Shown: positions 24,877 through 38,000, numbered from the whole stretch's first letter. The stretch: 62,952 bases of DNA, filler included, from Pelomyxa schiedti (GCA_020536535.1; 9 parts of 9 records of this genome joined end to end with filler, not necessarily neighbours in it); one strand, 5' to 3'. Program-made: numbers and translations. The notes: a model not told the origin generated them from the letters alone.

Positions 24877-25202
24877 TGACTGATACCTCGCAAGTGACCG
24901 AGGTGTGCTTTTACGTTCCCTCGCAATTGTAACAAATCGTACAGAGCAATTCTCAAGAGAGCACATGGAAGTGTGCCTGCTGTGAGGAAAAAAATGATGA
25001 CTCACTCCAGGCATGTGCGGTTTGCTGGGGTTAGTTTCCATTTGTTTTTCCAAGTCGGTTTAATGCCATCTAGTTCCAAGGCCAAATACAAAGAAAGTGT
25101 AGCTTCCTTTAAACCAACAGGAAGGAATAATGAAAAAGACATGAGGTTTTTGGTATTTTCCTCCACAAAAGAGATACACTTAATTCTGTGAACATTATTC
25201 CT

Positions 25203-25838
25203 TCAGTCATAGAATACGAGCATTCTACTCTTGCAAATCAAAACATCCTCATCCCAGAATGTTGTTTCCATAATAAGGTGACCACTCATTACTTCAGCAG
25301 TGAGCATAACAGGTGCGGCAAATACTACATTTTCCCAGGTGTTTGTGGAACCCGGAATCACATAGCCAAAGGCAAATGAACTCCCCTCCACTTTAGTACC
25401 ATCAAGATATGCCACTTGGTCCAGGTGCAATTTGTGCATCTCCTTCTCGGAGCTAAACTCCAACTTCCTTGACACTACTTTACACTGCAGTATGTCCTTC
25501 GGCAAGTGTACTGCCTATAATTTATATAAGTACCAAAAAGCAATAACAAAACAAAAAAAGGTAAAAACCCAAACTCTCAATTAGAAACAACAGAGAGTAA
25601 TTCTACTACACGCCTTTAGAGGTAACATGTCCACAGTGTTTGAATTCCACAGTTCTTCACCCGAAGTGCCGTCGCTCATCCACATTCGGTGTAGCTTGAA
25701 CCCATAAGTTGCCCCGTGCTGGGTGAGGTACCCCCCTTCCCTGTTGTCTCCGACGCCGCCGGTCATCACAGCATCCCCGGTTGATGTAGGAGACGACGCG
25801 CCCGACGACGGTGTCCCTGTCCCCGCTGGTCTCTTCAT
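25203..25838 (-). CDS. PDE6D: PDE6-delta (GMP_PDE_delta) prenyl-binding protein homolog, 2 exons
   Basis: GFKLHRMWMSDGTSGEELW...PKDILQCKVVSRKLEFSS...FAFGYVIPGSTNTWE...VMSGHLIMETTFWDEDVLICKSRMLVFY matches PDE6D along its length. Confidence 0.9.
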
Positions 25839-25903
25839 TCACGTGCGTTGGTGTTTGCTTCTTGTTCCTTTATTATGGGCTGCTGTACTGTTGTGCCGCC
25901 CCG

Positions 25904-28900
25904 TCACCCAAGCGTTGTTTCCCGAAAATGATGAAAAAAAAAAAATGTTTCGCGGAAAATGTGCGGAAGGGTGTTGTTGTACTCAACGGCGCTTGTTGTG
26001 ATGGCTAGGGGGTGGGCGGGAGAGGTAGTATCGTGATATAACAAGGAGTGCAACCTGTGTGTGTGGGTTACAGGGAGATTGCAATGGAACACCAGGAAAA
26101 AAGCCACCTGGAACACGGTGAGGGCACTTGCTAGTCCAAAGTGGCTTATGGACATGCCGATGTCCCGCCACGAGCCCTGGTTTGGGTATTGATGAGTGAT
26201 ATTAAATGGACTGGTGTGGATAAACCGTTGTCTTGATGGAAAGGAAGAAAGCAAGTGTCATCACTTCCGTCAGCGCGGAACCAATCAGTATTCCAGCTGA
26301 AAGAAGATTTCAGTGCGGGAATGAAACAGGAAAGAGCAACCTGCGTGAGATACATTCGCTATTTTGCAAATAACCCCATACCCGAATGAAACAAGTAAAA
26401 TCGGGACAAGAGCCTTGTAAATTATCAGAAATGACATGCAAAATGGCGAGAACACTGTGGTGAAAGTTAAACTTAATAACGCCCAAATGCTTGTAAAACC
26501 TGTCACAAAGCGGTACGTTGAAGCAACTTCAAAGCTACTCATACTTGCAATGTTTCCAACACCAAAAAATGCTAAATGGCAGAAAATTGCCTGAGAGAAA
26601 GTAAGGGCGAAATATAAGATGAAATGGTATTTCACACATAAAATAGTGCGGTTCTGACATCTGCAAGACCAAGAGGACTCTCTTGAGTGCGAGAAACGTC
26701 TTCTTGACCAAGTAAACCAGGAGGAATGAGTGGAGCTGTGACTGCACGGTGTCTTACTTTGGCCTCGATTATCACCCAAAGAATCACAAGCGTACCGATC
26801 ACACAGTAAAAGGCAACTTCGTAACTGCGCGATGTTGAATAAGTAAGATAAAAGTAAAAGATCAATATTAACCTTAAACTGAGAAGGATGAATGAGGGCG
26901 CAAAACTAAGGAATGTATCGCAGAGGATATCGAAATAATGGCGGCTCCGTGTTGCAGGTCCAACAAATGTGAGAGCTGTTCGAGTTTTTCAATGGAAGAA
27001 TGGATGGCATGAACTCACCAAGAATCGCCCAGGCCAAGAATTGATTCAATTTGGGTAGGCCGGTGCGCAAATAGAGGTGCTTTGAGGTATCAACAGTTAA
27101 CCAAAAAGCAATAAGCACAATAAAAACCTGGAATGAACGTCAAACTACCATCAGAAATGATGCGAATTACAAACTTTGAATGAAAGGAAGAATATGTTTT
27201 GGAACACCCAGTTGGACGAGGCCTGAGTCGTGTTGACAGTGTATCTTGTCCTGGATACGCCAACAGTTACCTCGGATCGTCCTGGAAATATTCGGTAATT
27301 GCGTAAAGATAAGGCGGCAGCAGTGATGATGCCCAATGTTCCCAGTGCACTTTCTCGACTTAGTGGAAAAAACATCAAAAGAATGAGATGCATACAGCAA
27401 TGGGGTACTTTCATTCAAGTTATCAGAAAGAAAGGGGAACAGAGCAGCAAAGAAGCAAACTGTTGTCCATACTGTGCTGAAAATGGGAGATATGGCTTGA
27501 GCATCAGCAGCATCAATTGTTGTCACGCCAATTGAGTTGGCCGGTTGGGTTTCAGGGGTTTCAGGGTTGGATATAGAGACAGAAGGTGGTGCAAATGCGG
27601 GGAATTTGATGAAAAAGAGAAGCATAAAATGCCGTGCCCATGGCCACATTCCAATAAGGCACATTAAACATGACAATATCCTTCTGTCATAGTAGCAGAG
27701 TGCCAATACCCCACTCATAGCAGCAGCTCGCAGCACATATAAAGTTGCATGTAGAACATTGTATAGACAGTGGAGCCACGAACTAGAGGACATGTTCAGG
27801 CGCTTTTGTAAAACTTGCATTGCAGCTGTCTTGTTCCGTATGATGTATGAGCCAAAGAAGAAAGGAAACGAGGAATAAATGTAGTAGAGCATGGGAGAGC
27901 TCTATAAACCAATTAGAAATGAAATAACTACATCTTTATTATGGCAACCTGGAGGAAAAAATAGGTGGATAGTGCCAGGAAGCCAAATATGGAGAGGATA
28001 TGCGGACTGATAGGTTTTAGTTCCAAGTTCCAAATGGGAGGGTTCAAACATGTGCAATATAGAAGATTTCTTCACCTGCTGCTTGTAGATTTCTGGAGAT
28101 GCCAGTGAATTTTTGCTTATGAGAGAAGGCACCCCATGGTTCAAAATCAGAAAAGTGGTAAGAAAAGCGGTCCAGGAGATGTATCCACAAACAACCACTG
28201 TTGTGAGTAACATGTGGTCATAGCTTCACTGGATAAGAAGGGAGAATGTGAAAAAGAACCTACGTATGCATGTAATGCAATCCTTCAAGTCCAAGGGTGA
28301 TAAGCCTTGCGCAGTATTCCTGAGCAACACCATTGTCACCCCTAGCAAGTGCGTTTTCTATCGCCGAGAGAATGTTTTCAGCTTGAGTACCATCCAATGG
28401 AGGGAACTCGGTGAAAAAAAGAGACTTTTTGAGTTTTAGGTCTGGACAATGTGGACTTAAAAAGTTTTTTTGAGTAATTAAGAACTACCTCTTTTCATTC
28501 GATACTGTTCAATTATCTCCAGTGCATTATTGTGGAGGGCTTCTGTTTTTTGACTCTCACTCAAGTCCAATACACTGAGAGGAACTACACCAACAGAATT
28601 CATTGGAAAAGGAATTCCGATGACTGATGCCTTGGAGTACTGTGTCAGTTGTTGATGAGAGAAATCCAGCGTTACCATGAGGGCTGTGAGATCAGCTTGG
28701 TTTACATCACGTCTGCAAAAGGAGTTTAATTTCCAAGTTTCTGGTGTAGGAATACTTTTTGTTGTATTAATATTGGGGTGAAAATAGGGACAAACGAACC
28801 ATCCACTCGAGTCAGAGGAATGTGGTCCTCGTGCACTGAAATTCATTGTTGGTTATCAATAAGCAACATAGAGAGGTCATTGATACCCAGAACCCCAAAC

Positions 28901-30409
28901 AACGTAAGGAGTTTCGGTATTCACTGATTCACCATCCCCATGAGAACCTCCAGAATATATCAGAAAAAGGAGAGAAAAGGGGCAAATAAAACCTTTGTCA
29001 GACATCCCGTGGTCGGCAGTGAACAGGTAAAAAGTGGTATTTTTTGGAAACAAGTCCTCGAATATATTATAAACTTCCTCAACAAGTGAATCGACAAAGC
29101 TATTTGCTGAGGGTAAGGGGATTAATAATAAGGGGGACCATAAAATTGAAACCTGATTTGTTGAAGATATTCTCGTGAAGAAGGCTTGTGGGCATGTCCG
29201 AGGGTGTCAAGTGCCAGAAGATGAAGGAAAAAGATATTTCTTGGGTGCCTCACATTGTCCCACAAGACTGAATCGGTGCTCGCATTTTGAAGCAATTCGG
29301 TCAACTTATCATAGACCCATTTGTCGAGGTGAGATGCATCTGAAATAACGTAAAAATCTCCTGCAGAGGTGGGGAAAAAACCTTTGCCAAAATCTTCTTG
29401 GTGTGAACTGTATGTGAAGGAATTCATGTTTGGGAAAGTAGTGCTCGGCACAAACATCGGAACGATATCGGGGCTACCAAAACCATAAGACCAGTGTGAC
29501 TCATTGAATACTGAGTCAAACTCAACGGGATTACTCTTCCATCCTTGTGGGGAAAAGGGTCATATTCTAAAACAGAGGTATGAAGGAAGGAAGGAAGGAA
29601 CCTTTCGTCACCGCACTTACGTCCTCGTAGAACCCAGCACACATGGCAACGTGACAGGGCCTGGACTCAGTGGGAACTCTTGTGTGTGAGATCCCCCAGG
29701 AACCCTTTGTCTCAATGATGCTGCGCAAAAACGGAGCTCGGCTTGGCTCTAAAGAAACTAAACTTAGAGCGAAGTTCAAGCGAATATAACTGACATACTG
29801 TCTGTGGAATCCAATCCGTTGACATCATATTCAAAAGTCTTATCCGCCCGCAGTCCATCACCAACAAACAACACAACCCTCTCAGCTGGTGGTGTTGCGA
29901 TAGATACCTGACATTGAAAGGAACTTAAGTTCGTGTATCCCTTTGTAATTAAACTAAACTTAGAAATCAACACCACGCACATGAGGAGTCATTCCATGCA
30001 CCAAAGGTGATCGGAAGTGTATGTCAAACATGGCCACAACATACACCACGTGCATGATCACACCAAGTGAAACTACGCTCCACACTCCACCACAACTTTT
30101 TCCCCTCGCAGTCTCCTTTGCCTGAATATGATGATGAGGTTATTTAGAATTATAATAATTAGTGCATAACTATACTCGTGGATCGCTTGAGTGTGGTTGT
30201 GAAAAAAAAAAAAAAAAGGAGGTACCTACCCTCTCCTTGTTCAGGCTTGATTTATGAGACCTATTGCCTGCTGGTGTTGCTGATGACAGCAACATTACAC
30301 CCTTTATTCTGTTGCACAACGTTTTTGGCAAAGTGTTGCTGTTGTAATCGTCCTTGTTGTTGTCAACGGGGGCAGTTGCACATCGGTTGCTTGTTACCGA
30401 TGACGTCAT
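25904..30409 (-). CDS. PIGN: GPI ethanolamine phosphate transferase 1 (PIG-N/MCD4), many exons
   Basis: [115 protein letters not shown]. Both ends are approximate. Confidence 0.92.
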
Positions 30410-30617
30410 CAAACAGGGGATGGTTGAGCGGGTCTTGAGCACGAGACTGAGTTATGGGTGCTGTCGACGACACCCCGAACAGCCGGCCGATCAAACGAAG
30501 AGATTAAAAATTCAAAAGATTCTGATCGTCGCTTCTTGTAATTGATTAAACTGGTGACGAGGTAGTGTTGAGAGTAATGAATGAATGACGAATCTCATGG
30601 GTTGTTTGTAGTAGTGC

Positions 30618-32160
30618 TCAAGGAGGGGAGCCATTTTCAATCCAATGGGCCAGGTCGGGAGGGCAAGAAGAGTGGAGTGCAGAGAGGTACATGTCCCATT
30701 GAGCAGGCGTCAGCTCTGTGCGCCACCTTTGGCTTTCACCTTTGTTGATGAAGTGCTTGGAATTCTCCCGGAAAACCTGGTAATTGATAATTTAGTGGGG
30801 ATGGAATGGTGGTTCGGCATTGTATTTTTGGGTGTGGGTTGGTGTGTGCATACTGAACCGAGAGGTCCCATGACAGTGGCATAGTTTTCCTTCATCCAGT
30901 TGAAGGAACCATATTCAAGGACTTTGGACAGGCAAGAGTCATCAACGGGAATGCTCAATTTTTCAGCAATACGACGGAGCTCAGCTTCTGTATTCGACCG
31001 CAGCGTGTCATAGTGTGTGAAGAATATATTTGGGAGGTCCCGGTATCTTTTTTGATGAGTTAGAACATAGTAAATGGCATTTGGTGGAAATAAATGTGGT
31101 ACTTCCAAAAGGTTTTCACATTCTCGAAGAAGGGAAGAAAGTAAGTTTTATCCTCCAACCAGAGCTTGAAGCAGTCGTCTTTGGAATTCCACGGGAATTC
31201 CTCAGGAGAAGGGTATGTAACAGTTCCTTCAGAACCAAGCAATTCGAGAATCCCTGGCCTGTGAACAATGAAAATTCACCATAAAACCATAATATATAAT
31301 CATAATTCACCATAAGAGAATACATAGAGTGCCCATACGCGAAATTATGGTGGTGATGGAAGGAACTGAGAAAAGTGTCTCTGCCATTTCTGCCGATATA
31401 GAGTGTATGACACTTTGGGTGAGTACGGGAGGGCGTTCAGCGGTAAGTGCGTCTGTGTGTGAAAATGCAGATGGCATGTCAGATAAGATATGTGATATGC
31501 GTTAGTAGTAATTAATTACCCGAAGTAATCTGCGTGATGTTGCAGGTATTGCTGCTAGCTTTGCATGGGTCATTTCCGGTTTCAGGAGTTTGAAGTCCAC
31601 CCAAACGAACTCATCATAAACGGAGCGGGTCTCAAGAAAAAAATTAGAGAAAGAAGAAGAACAGGGAGACAAAAGAACCGGGCTGGGGCCGCGTATCAAC
31701 TGACTGAGAAGTTGTTGAAGCCACGTTGATCCAGTTTTATAGCTTGAACATACTGTGTATTGAGTCAATGAATACACCGAACTCATTAAAACAGTGGCGT
31801 ACCCATGATATCACCCTCCCTGAACTCAAATCCGTTCCAGTGAGTGCTGTTGGAGTAGGTCCCAACAATTTCCAGGGTCTTCCGTGGAATTGTAAGGCCT
31901 CCTGCCAATCCAAGGTCAGGCCCAAGAAATTTACCAGAGAAGAGCTGAAAACCTATTTCTGCAGTACTAGTGGCATCAGGTGATATTTGGCGTGACCAAT
32001 AACATTCCCCAGGGCCAACAGTGAATGGACCCTGTGTTTGTTGCCCCAAGGCTGCCAGTAACAAGTACGGTCAGTTTTATATATTCTTGAATATGTATGT
32101 GAAAAAGAGAGAAATAGTACGATTAGAAGGAAGAGCTGTTGTGGTGTGGTTGGCAGACAT
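30618..32160 (-). CDS. Sulfotransferase (Sulfotransfer_1 family), complete, spliced
   Basis: SSYKTGSTW, THLPLNALP, YIGRNGRDTFLS (3'-PB motif), NIFFTHYDTLR, SFNWMKEN. Stop codon at 30618. Confidence 0.88.
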
Positions 32161-32552
32161 TATGACGTTGAGTGTTTGTATGACTGTCCACTTAATACAG
32201 TTCGGTATTAAGTAAACGTTCCAATATAAACATTTTTATTGGGTCTTCAAAGAGTCTTACCCAGAAACTCGTTTGGAACAGAAAGAAAAACCCTTTGTGG
32301 CTGTTTCCATCTCCGGCTACACTGTAACAAACTCCCAACCTTTGTTGTCTACAAACTTCGGCCGAAAATGAGGATCATTTTCTGAGAAAGATTGATCAGA
32401 TCTCACTCTGATGGTTTGGTTTGGTGCCTCCACTCGCCTCCACTCCCAACCAACTTCTGGAACCCAGAGGTAAAGGAAAACTCCCGAAGTAACTGTAAAA
32501 CGTCCTAGTAGTCCCATTGGTTCTCAGAAACAAAAACGCCAAACATTTCGAA

Positions 32553-33713
32553 ATGAAAGGAAGGCCAACAACAAGGACACATCAATCGGTGACGATTCCT
32601 GGGTTGGGACACACAACAATTGGCGCTGTTGTTGATGTGCGATCACAGTTCGTTGCGTTCGCTAGTTCCTCGATCGAGAGGAGCGCGGCCAAGTTGGTGT
32701 CCCACAATCGGGCGCTGTGCGAGTCGTTCGGCCGCGACTGGGTCGTCGGTTGTTGCAAGCAGATCGGCACCACCGTCGCATTCCCAGCACTGTGGGCTGT
32801 GGATTCCGACGAGATGGAGCCCGAGTGGTGCCGCGAGCATGTGAACGTGTTCATTGGCGTGAGCGCAACACTTGGCGTGGTGTGGTGCACGTGCCTCGAC
32901 TATCGGGCGTCTGGGTGCATCACAGTGACCGTGGGTGATGACAGGTTCATGTGTGATGAGCGGAAACCTTCGTGTGTCGTTGACAGCAGGGGGAACGTGG
33001 TGGCAACTCTGAATGGGCAGGTGGACCAGTTTGCAATTTGGAGGACCAACAGAAAGTGGCTTGTGAAGGTCGATGCAGCGAGGAACCTGGTTGTGTACAG
33101 GATGAACAACGGTGTGCCTGTGTGCCCGTCCCACGCGACTGTTTTGAAATGCACCTTGCCACTGAAAGGCGACGGAGCACGGTTCTCTCCATTTGATCCT
33201 TGTGGTGATGAAATTGTTCTTGTTGGGGACAGAGGTGGTGAGGGAGGCTTCATATCATTTGTTGACCTCGAGAAGAGCTGTGGTGCTGGAGTCACGATGG
33301 AGGCCAGGGAGAGTCATGCACTCCCACACTCAAATCCATTTGACTTGGTTTGGTCCTCACCAGACACCATCCTCACTCTGCACCGTAACTCAAGTCATGA
33401 TTGCTACAGAGTTTACAACACAGTGACAGGGGAACTGCACACATTTCCTGATTACCACCTTCAGTCTGTTTCTGCTCTTCACATGGTTTGGGTGAACAAC
33501 AAATCATCGATGTATGAGGTGTACAGTGCTTCAGACATGAGCACACCCCTTTGCCAGCACGAGAAAAGCCCTATGACATTGGACTATTGTTGCTCATCAG
33601 ATGAGGTGTATGTCGTCAGAAGGGATGACTCCACCCAGGACGTTGTAGACATGTGCATTCACGATGCAAAAACTGCCACACCACTTGCATTTCTCACAGT
33701 TGAAATCGAGTAG
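32553..33713 (+). CDS. ARSQF-motif family protein, paralog of 10174-11340
   Basis: Near-identical translation but lacks CGAV in the N-motif (ERSAAKL). Confidence 0.78.
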   Translation: MKGRPTTRTHQSVTIPGLGHTTIGAVVDVRSQFVAFASSSIERSAAKLVSHNRALCESFGRDWVVGCCKQIGTTVAFPALWAVDSDEMEPEWCREHVNVFIGVSATLGVVWCTCLDYRASGCITVTVGDDRFMCDERKPSCVVDSRGNVVATLNGQVDQFAIWRTNRKWLVKVDAARNLVVYRMNNGVPVCPSHATVLKCTLPLKGDGARFSPFDPCGDEIVLVGDRGGEGGFISFVDLEKSCGAGVTMEARESHALPHSNPFDLVWSSPDTILTLHRNSSHDCYRVYNTVTGELHTFPDYHLQSVSALHMVWVNNKSSMYEVYSASDMSTPLCQHEKSPMTLDYCCSSDEVYVVRRDDSTQDVVDMCIHDAKTATPLAFLTVEIE

Positions 33714-34189
33714 TTCCAGGTTAAAAAAACCACAACCAATAATTTGGAGAATAATAAACACCACCAATCCTGGGCAACGATAACGAAAATGACAGCGGTC
33801 TATTGGAGGTTTTATTGACCCAACTAACCCACACCAAATTACAGATGTGACGTGGTGACGAAGCGTCACCAGTTTGGCCAGGTCAGTGGGTGTGCCGTGG
33901 CTGCGCAAATTCATGACACGTTGATGGTGAAGAAAAGAGGAGCTTATCCGTATAAGATGGGCAGGAATTCCTGATGTACCCGGATTCAGGGAAGCTCTTT
34001 CTTTGGATTGTTTCGTTCTTCTAATGGTGACCATTCCTTCCTTGAGTGATCAATCAACAATGACTGCCATGGGTGCTACTACGACTGTGGAATTATGTGT
34101 AGACACTGATGTGTTATACATGCGTCATTCTTACACTGTGACGCTCCCTTTTCCATTTCTGAACTTGTTATGCTTTTTGAGTTTTTTGG

Positions 34190-35578
34190 GCGCAGTCACG
34201 AGCATTTTCCACAACTACACAAATATTGCTCTCATAAATGCATCATTGTAGATGAGGCTGATTGTGGATGCAAAGTGGAGGCAATCGTTGGCAATTTCGC
34301 ACACGGAGCTGTCAAACCACGTTCTCTGTGGGTCCTGGGTGAAATGGGGGCTCAGAACAGGTCCACTTTGAATCCACAACACACACAAGACACAGACTCT
34401 GCACTGCAGTGCCCATTCACATTATATTCAGAGGCACGATGTTCAAAGTGCAGTGGGAAAAACGGAGAACCAGTGGAAACAACACTGTGGAGCCTGCCTG
34501 ATTTGACAGCCAGTTTTGATGTTGATTCGCACTCAAAGGAGGTAATTTCATTCCACGTCACTCCCAAGTGCTCTTCCACAAGGTACGTGTAGTTCTTCCT
34601 ACCACCTTGCAAAGAACTAACTTTTATCAGATCGCACATCAAGTCCAAGATTATCCTCCTCGTATCCACCATCCCTGGTGTTGAGCCTTTTGCATCAAAC
34701 TCCATCTCACTGTGCTCAAGAGATCGCAGCAGGTGCCGCCGGTTGCGCGAGAAAACCCTGCTGGGATCACCTGAGGGTATAATCCGACCTCCTGCCGTCA
34801 TGATAGGACCACAGCCGAGGGAGAAGAACCACGTCCACGTGCCGCCAACATCTGCCAAAGACCTTGTTTCTTACCCAGCTTCTAGAGCCAAGCGAAGCAC
34901 AGAGGTAAGTGCTCCGCCACAGCAGTGTGTTGAAGACGAACCCAGAAGCATTGTGCTGCATACAAAAAGCACAATGGAGTTTATCTCCTTCCAAACCACA
35001 TCAAATAGGCAGTACATTGTGGACAGTCGTTCCGCTCCAGTGAAGCGTACGTGTGGATGTTGTTCAATCAAACCCCTTCTCTCTAATTCCATCTGCAGTT
35101 CCCGAATCAATGATTGCAGGAATCCCAGAACGAATTTTTCGTAGTAAGTTATATCCAGATATATGTACTTCAGTTGGTAACACATTATAACAGGGCCGGT
35201 GATTTTTATGTTCATCATTGCAATCAAAGAAGAGCACTTCATTGCTCTCATCAACTCCCTAATCGCACTGCAGCCGACATATGAATTTACCCTCGAGTAT
35301 GGGAAAATTTCAGGTTCAACTCCAAGTTGAATTCGCAGCTTTCCTTCTTCATTCAATAACAGCCAACCTCAGATGATCTATATGTAATTGGCGGCGGCCA
35401 CAAGAACGTGGAGAGCTTCTGCTATGCAACTGAGATGCGGCACAAGTTTCTCACAGGAAACAACCCATTCCACATGGACATCACCCAACCAAACCCAATC
35501 ATCAAATTCCTTGGGTGTGCCAACAACACATTCATCTCCCAACTTCAGTTCTGAAGCCACGCCTTTCAGACACAACAC
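34190..35578 (-). pseudogene. Decayed gene relic, copy B
   Basis: Broken ORFs 35378-35578, 34871-35356 and 34352-34858. It retains 201 nt that are missing from copy A. Confidence 0.3.
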
Positions 35579-36468
35579 ACTCCTTCTGCTTCAAGTTGTG
35601 TACTTGTAAAAAAAGTAAGATGTAATTCTGGTGGGAGGCCATGTGCTGCATAACAAACCCGAACCAGAATATTATTTTATTATGGCGTTCTTGTATGGTG
35701 GTTTTGCTTGGGGAGATCCAGGACAAACGAGGAAATCTAATATCCGGATATGGCAGCCATGCACTCTGCATTCCGATATTAGCGCGGGAATCATGGGAAG
35801 CAAGTTCACCCGGCAAGCGTTCTACCAAGCGCGGGCATGCACTGTTCAAATCCAAAGCTACAATGGATGAGACTCTCATTTAACACCAATTTACACTAAT
35901 TAGTTTATTCATTGCGTTTACATTTATGGTTTTATTAACTTTTGGTTGGATCATGGATATAGTAGTGAGGAACTTATTTGTGCTCTGTGTTGTACCCGGG
36001 AATTGATATCACAGGAACAAGCAATGGAATGTACCATAACCACTGGATCAAATCCAAAGCAAAATTGGATTAATAAACAGTTTAGAATCATTTCGTTTGT
36101 ATTTTACTGCTTTATTGGATTGTATTTTTTGTGTTTTATTAAGAAGTTAACTCTACATACATTTCTGGAAACAAAGCCATAAGAAAATTAAGCCTGACAT
36201 CGCATGCTGTTAGAGCAGTATTTATCGCAAGACCAACTGCAGGTATCTGCGGCCTTTGACGCGTGTTTTTGTACATTGCGATGAGCTCTGTCCTTTTAAG
36301 CCTGACTCAAATCCACCGGACAACGCACACGCAAATTAAAGCAAAAATAACACACCGACACCACACAAGAACCATCGTGCATTCTAATCTGTGTTATATT
36401 GAGACGTCTCGGTCAGTTTTTGCGGAAAAGTGATCGTGATGGGCCTGACAGACTGCAGTTGTGTGGCT

Positions 36469-38000
36469 TCACACATGGATGTTACTTGTGGCCGACGCAA
36501 TCAATGGCTCACCATCAAGATTAGTTTCACTTGCTAAAGCACACAAATTAACAGTGTTTGTTGATTGGGGCGTTTTGTTCATAATCCTGAGTGTTGCCAG
36601 TTGCGTGCCTGTGACGGTGTCGCGAATGCAACATGTGGCAACAACAACATCATTTCCCGGTGTGGAAGTGGAGGCATAACCACCATCATCAGCCTGGATT
36701 TTGACAGCATAAATTTCATTTGACGAGGAACCACAGCAGTCCCAATTCAGGGGGTCACGTGGGTAGTGCCACGATGGCTTGCTCATCATCATGTCAGAAG
36801 CACTATACACTTCGCACATTGCCAAATCCTTTCTCACCCAAACAATGTGCCCATTTGAAACAGTAGCAAGGTCATAAGTCCTTGATGGGAACGCCTGCAC
36901 TTGTTGGCGAGTCACGGTGTTGAACACTTGGTATCCAGTGGCATCGCTGTGCAAAGTGAGGATGGTGTCTGGTGAGTACCAAACCAAGTCGAAGGGAGTC
37001 GGGTGCGGGATTGGACGACTCTCCCTTGCCTTCACCGTCACTCCAGCATCGACGCTCTTCTCCAGATCAACAAAGGAGATGAGAGGTGCCTTTGGTCCAT
37101 CACCCCAACTGGTGTTTCCAACAAAAACTATCTCATCACCACAAGGTCCATCGAACGGAGGGAACCTCGCACCAAGCCCACCAAGTGGAACCGTGCGTTT
37201 CACGCCAACGCCACGAGATGACACGGGCACACCATTCATCATCCTCCACACAACCAGGTCTTTCTCTGTGTCAAACTTCACCAGCCACTTGCAGTTGCTT
37301 CTCCAGAAGAGGCCTGCCGCGCCGCGACAAATCGTTGCCACCACGTNNNNNNNNNNNNNNNNNNNNNNNNNNNNNNNNNNNNNNNNNNNNNNNNNNNNNN
37401 NNNNNNNNNNNNNNNNNNNNNNNNNNNNNNNNNNNNNNNNNNNNNNGGCACACCATTCATCATCCTCCACACAACCAGGTCTTTCTCTGTGTCAAACTTC
37501 ACCAGCCACTTGCAGTTGCTTCTCCAGAAGAGGCCTGCCGCGCCGCGACAAATCGTTGCCACCACGTTCCCCTTGTTGTCAATGACAGGAGAATCCCCCC
37601 ACGTGGGGCACACGAACTTGTCATCGCCCGCCCTTCCCACAATTGATCCGCACACTGCGCCGCCACCATCCTCGCCGTCGTAGGGGGACCTGCACCACAC
37701 CACGCCCAGCGTCGCACTCAGACCAATGAAAACTCTACAGCACACTCTCACTCCCGTGCTGCGAGGGCCCTCGTCGTTCGGGTCATCAATTGACACGGTG
37801 AGGGTGGTGCCCAGCTGCTTGCAACAACCGACGACCCAGTCGCGGCCGAACGACTCGCACAGCGCCCGATTGTGGGACAGCAACTTGGCTGCGCTGCCAA
37901 CGCCGCACCTCTCGACGATCCACGAACTCGCAAACGCAACAAACTGTGATCGTGCGTCGATTATGGGTTCAATGGTTCGGAGTCGTTGCGCTGTTGCCAT
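36469..38000 (-). CDS. ARSQF-motif family protein spanning a false scaffold gap
   Basis: DARSQFVAFASSWIVERCGVGSAAKLLSHNRALCESFGRDWVV. The ~120 nt either side of the N gap (37226-37346 and 37447-37566) are the same sequence, so the halves overlap into one ORF. Confidence 0.78.

Larger units (their letters stand above)
31553..36888. repeat. Segmental duplication, copy B
   Basis: Direct, co-linear copy of 9250-14129. Confidence 0.95.

Noticed and set aside
37226-37566. ~120-bp direct repeat around a 100-N gap (same pattern at 42603-42943)
   Set aside because: Exact overlap of contig ends left unmerged by the scaffolder; removing it restores a single ORF.
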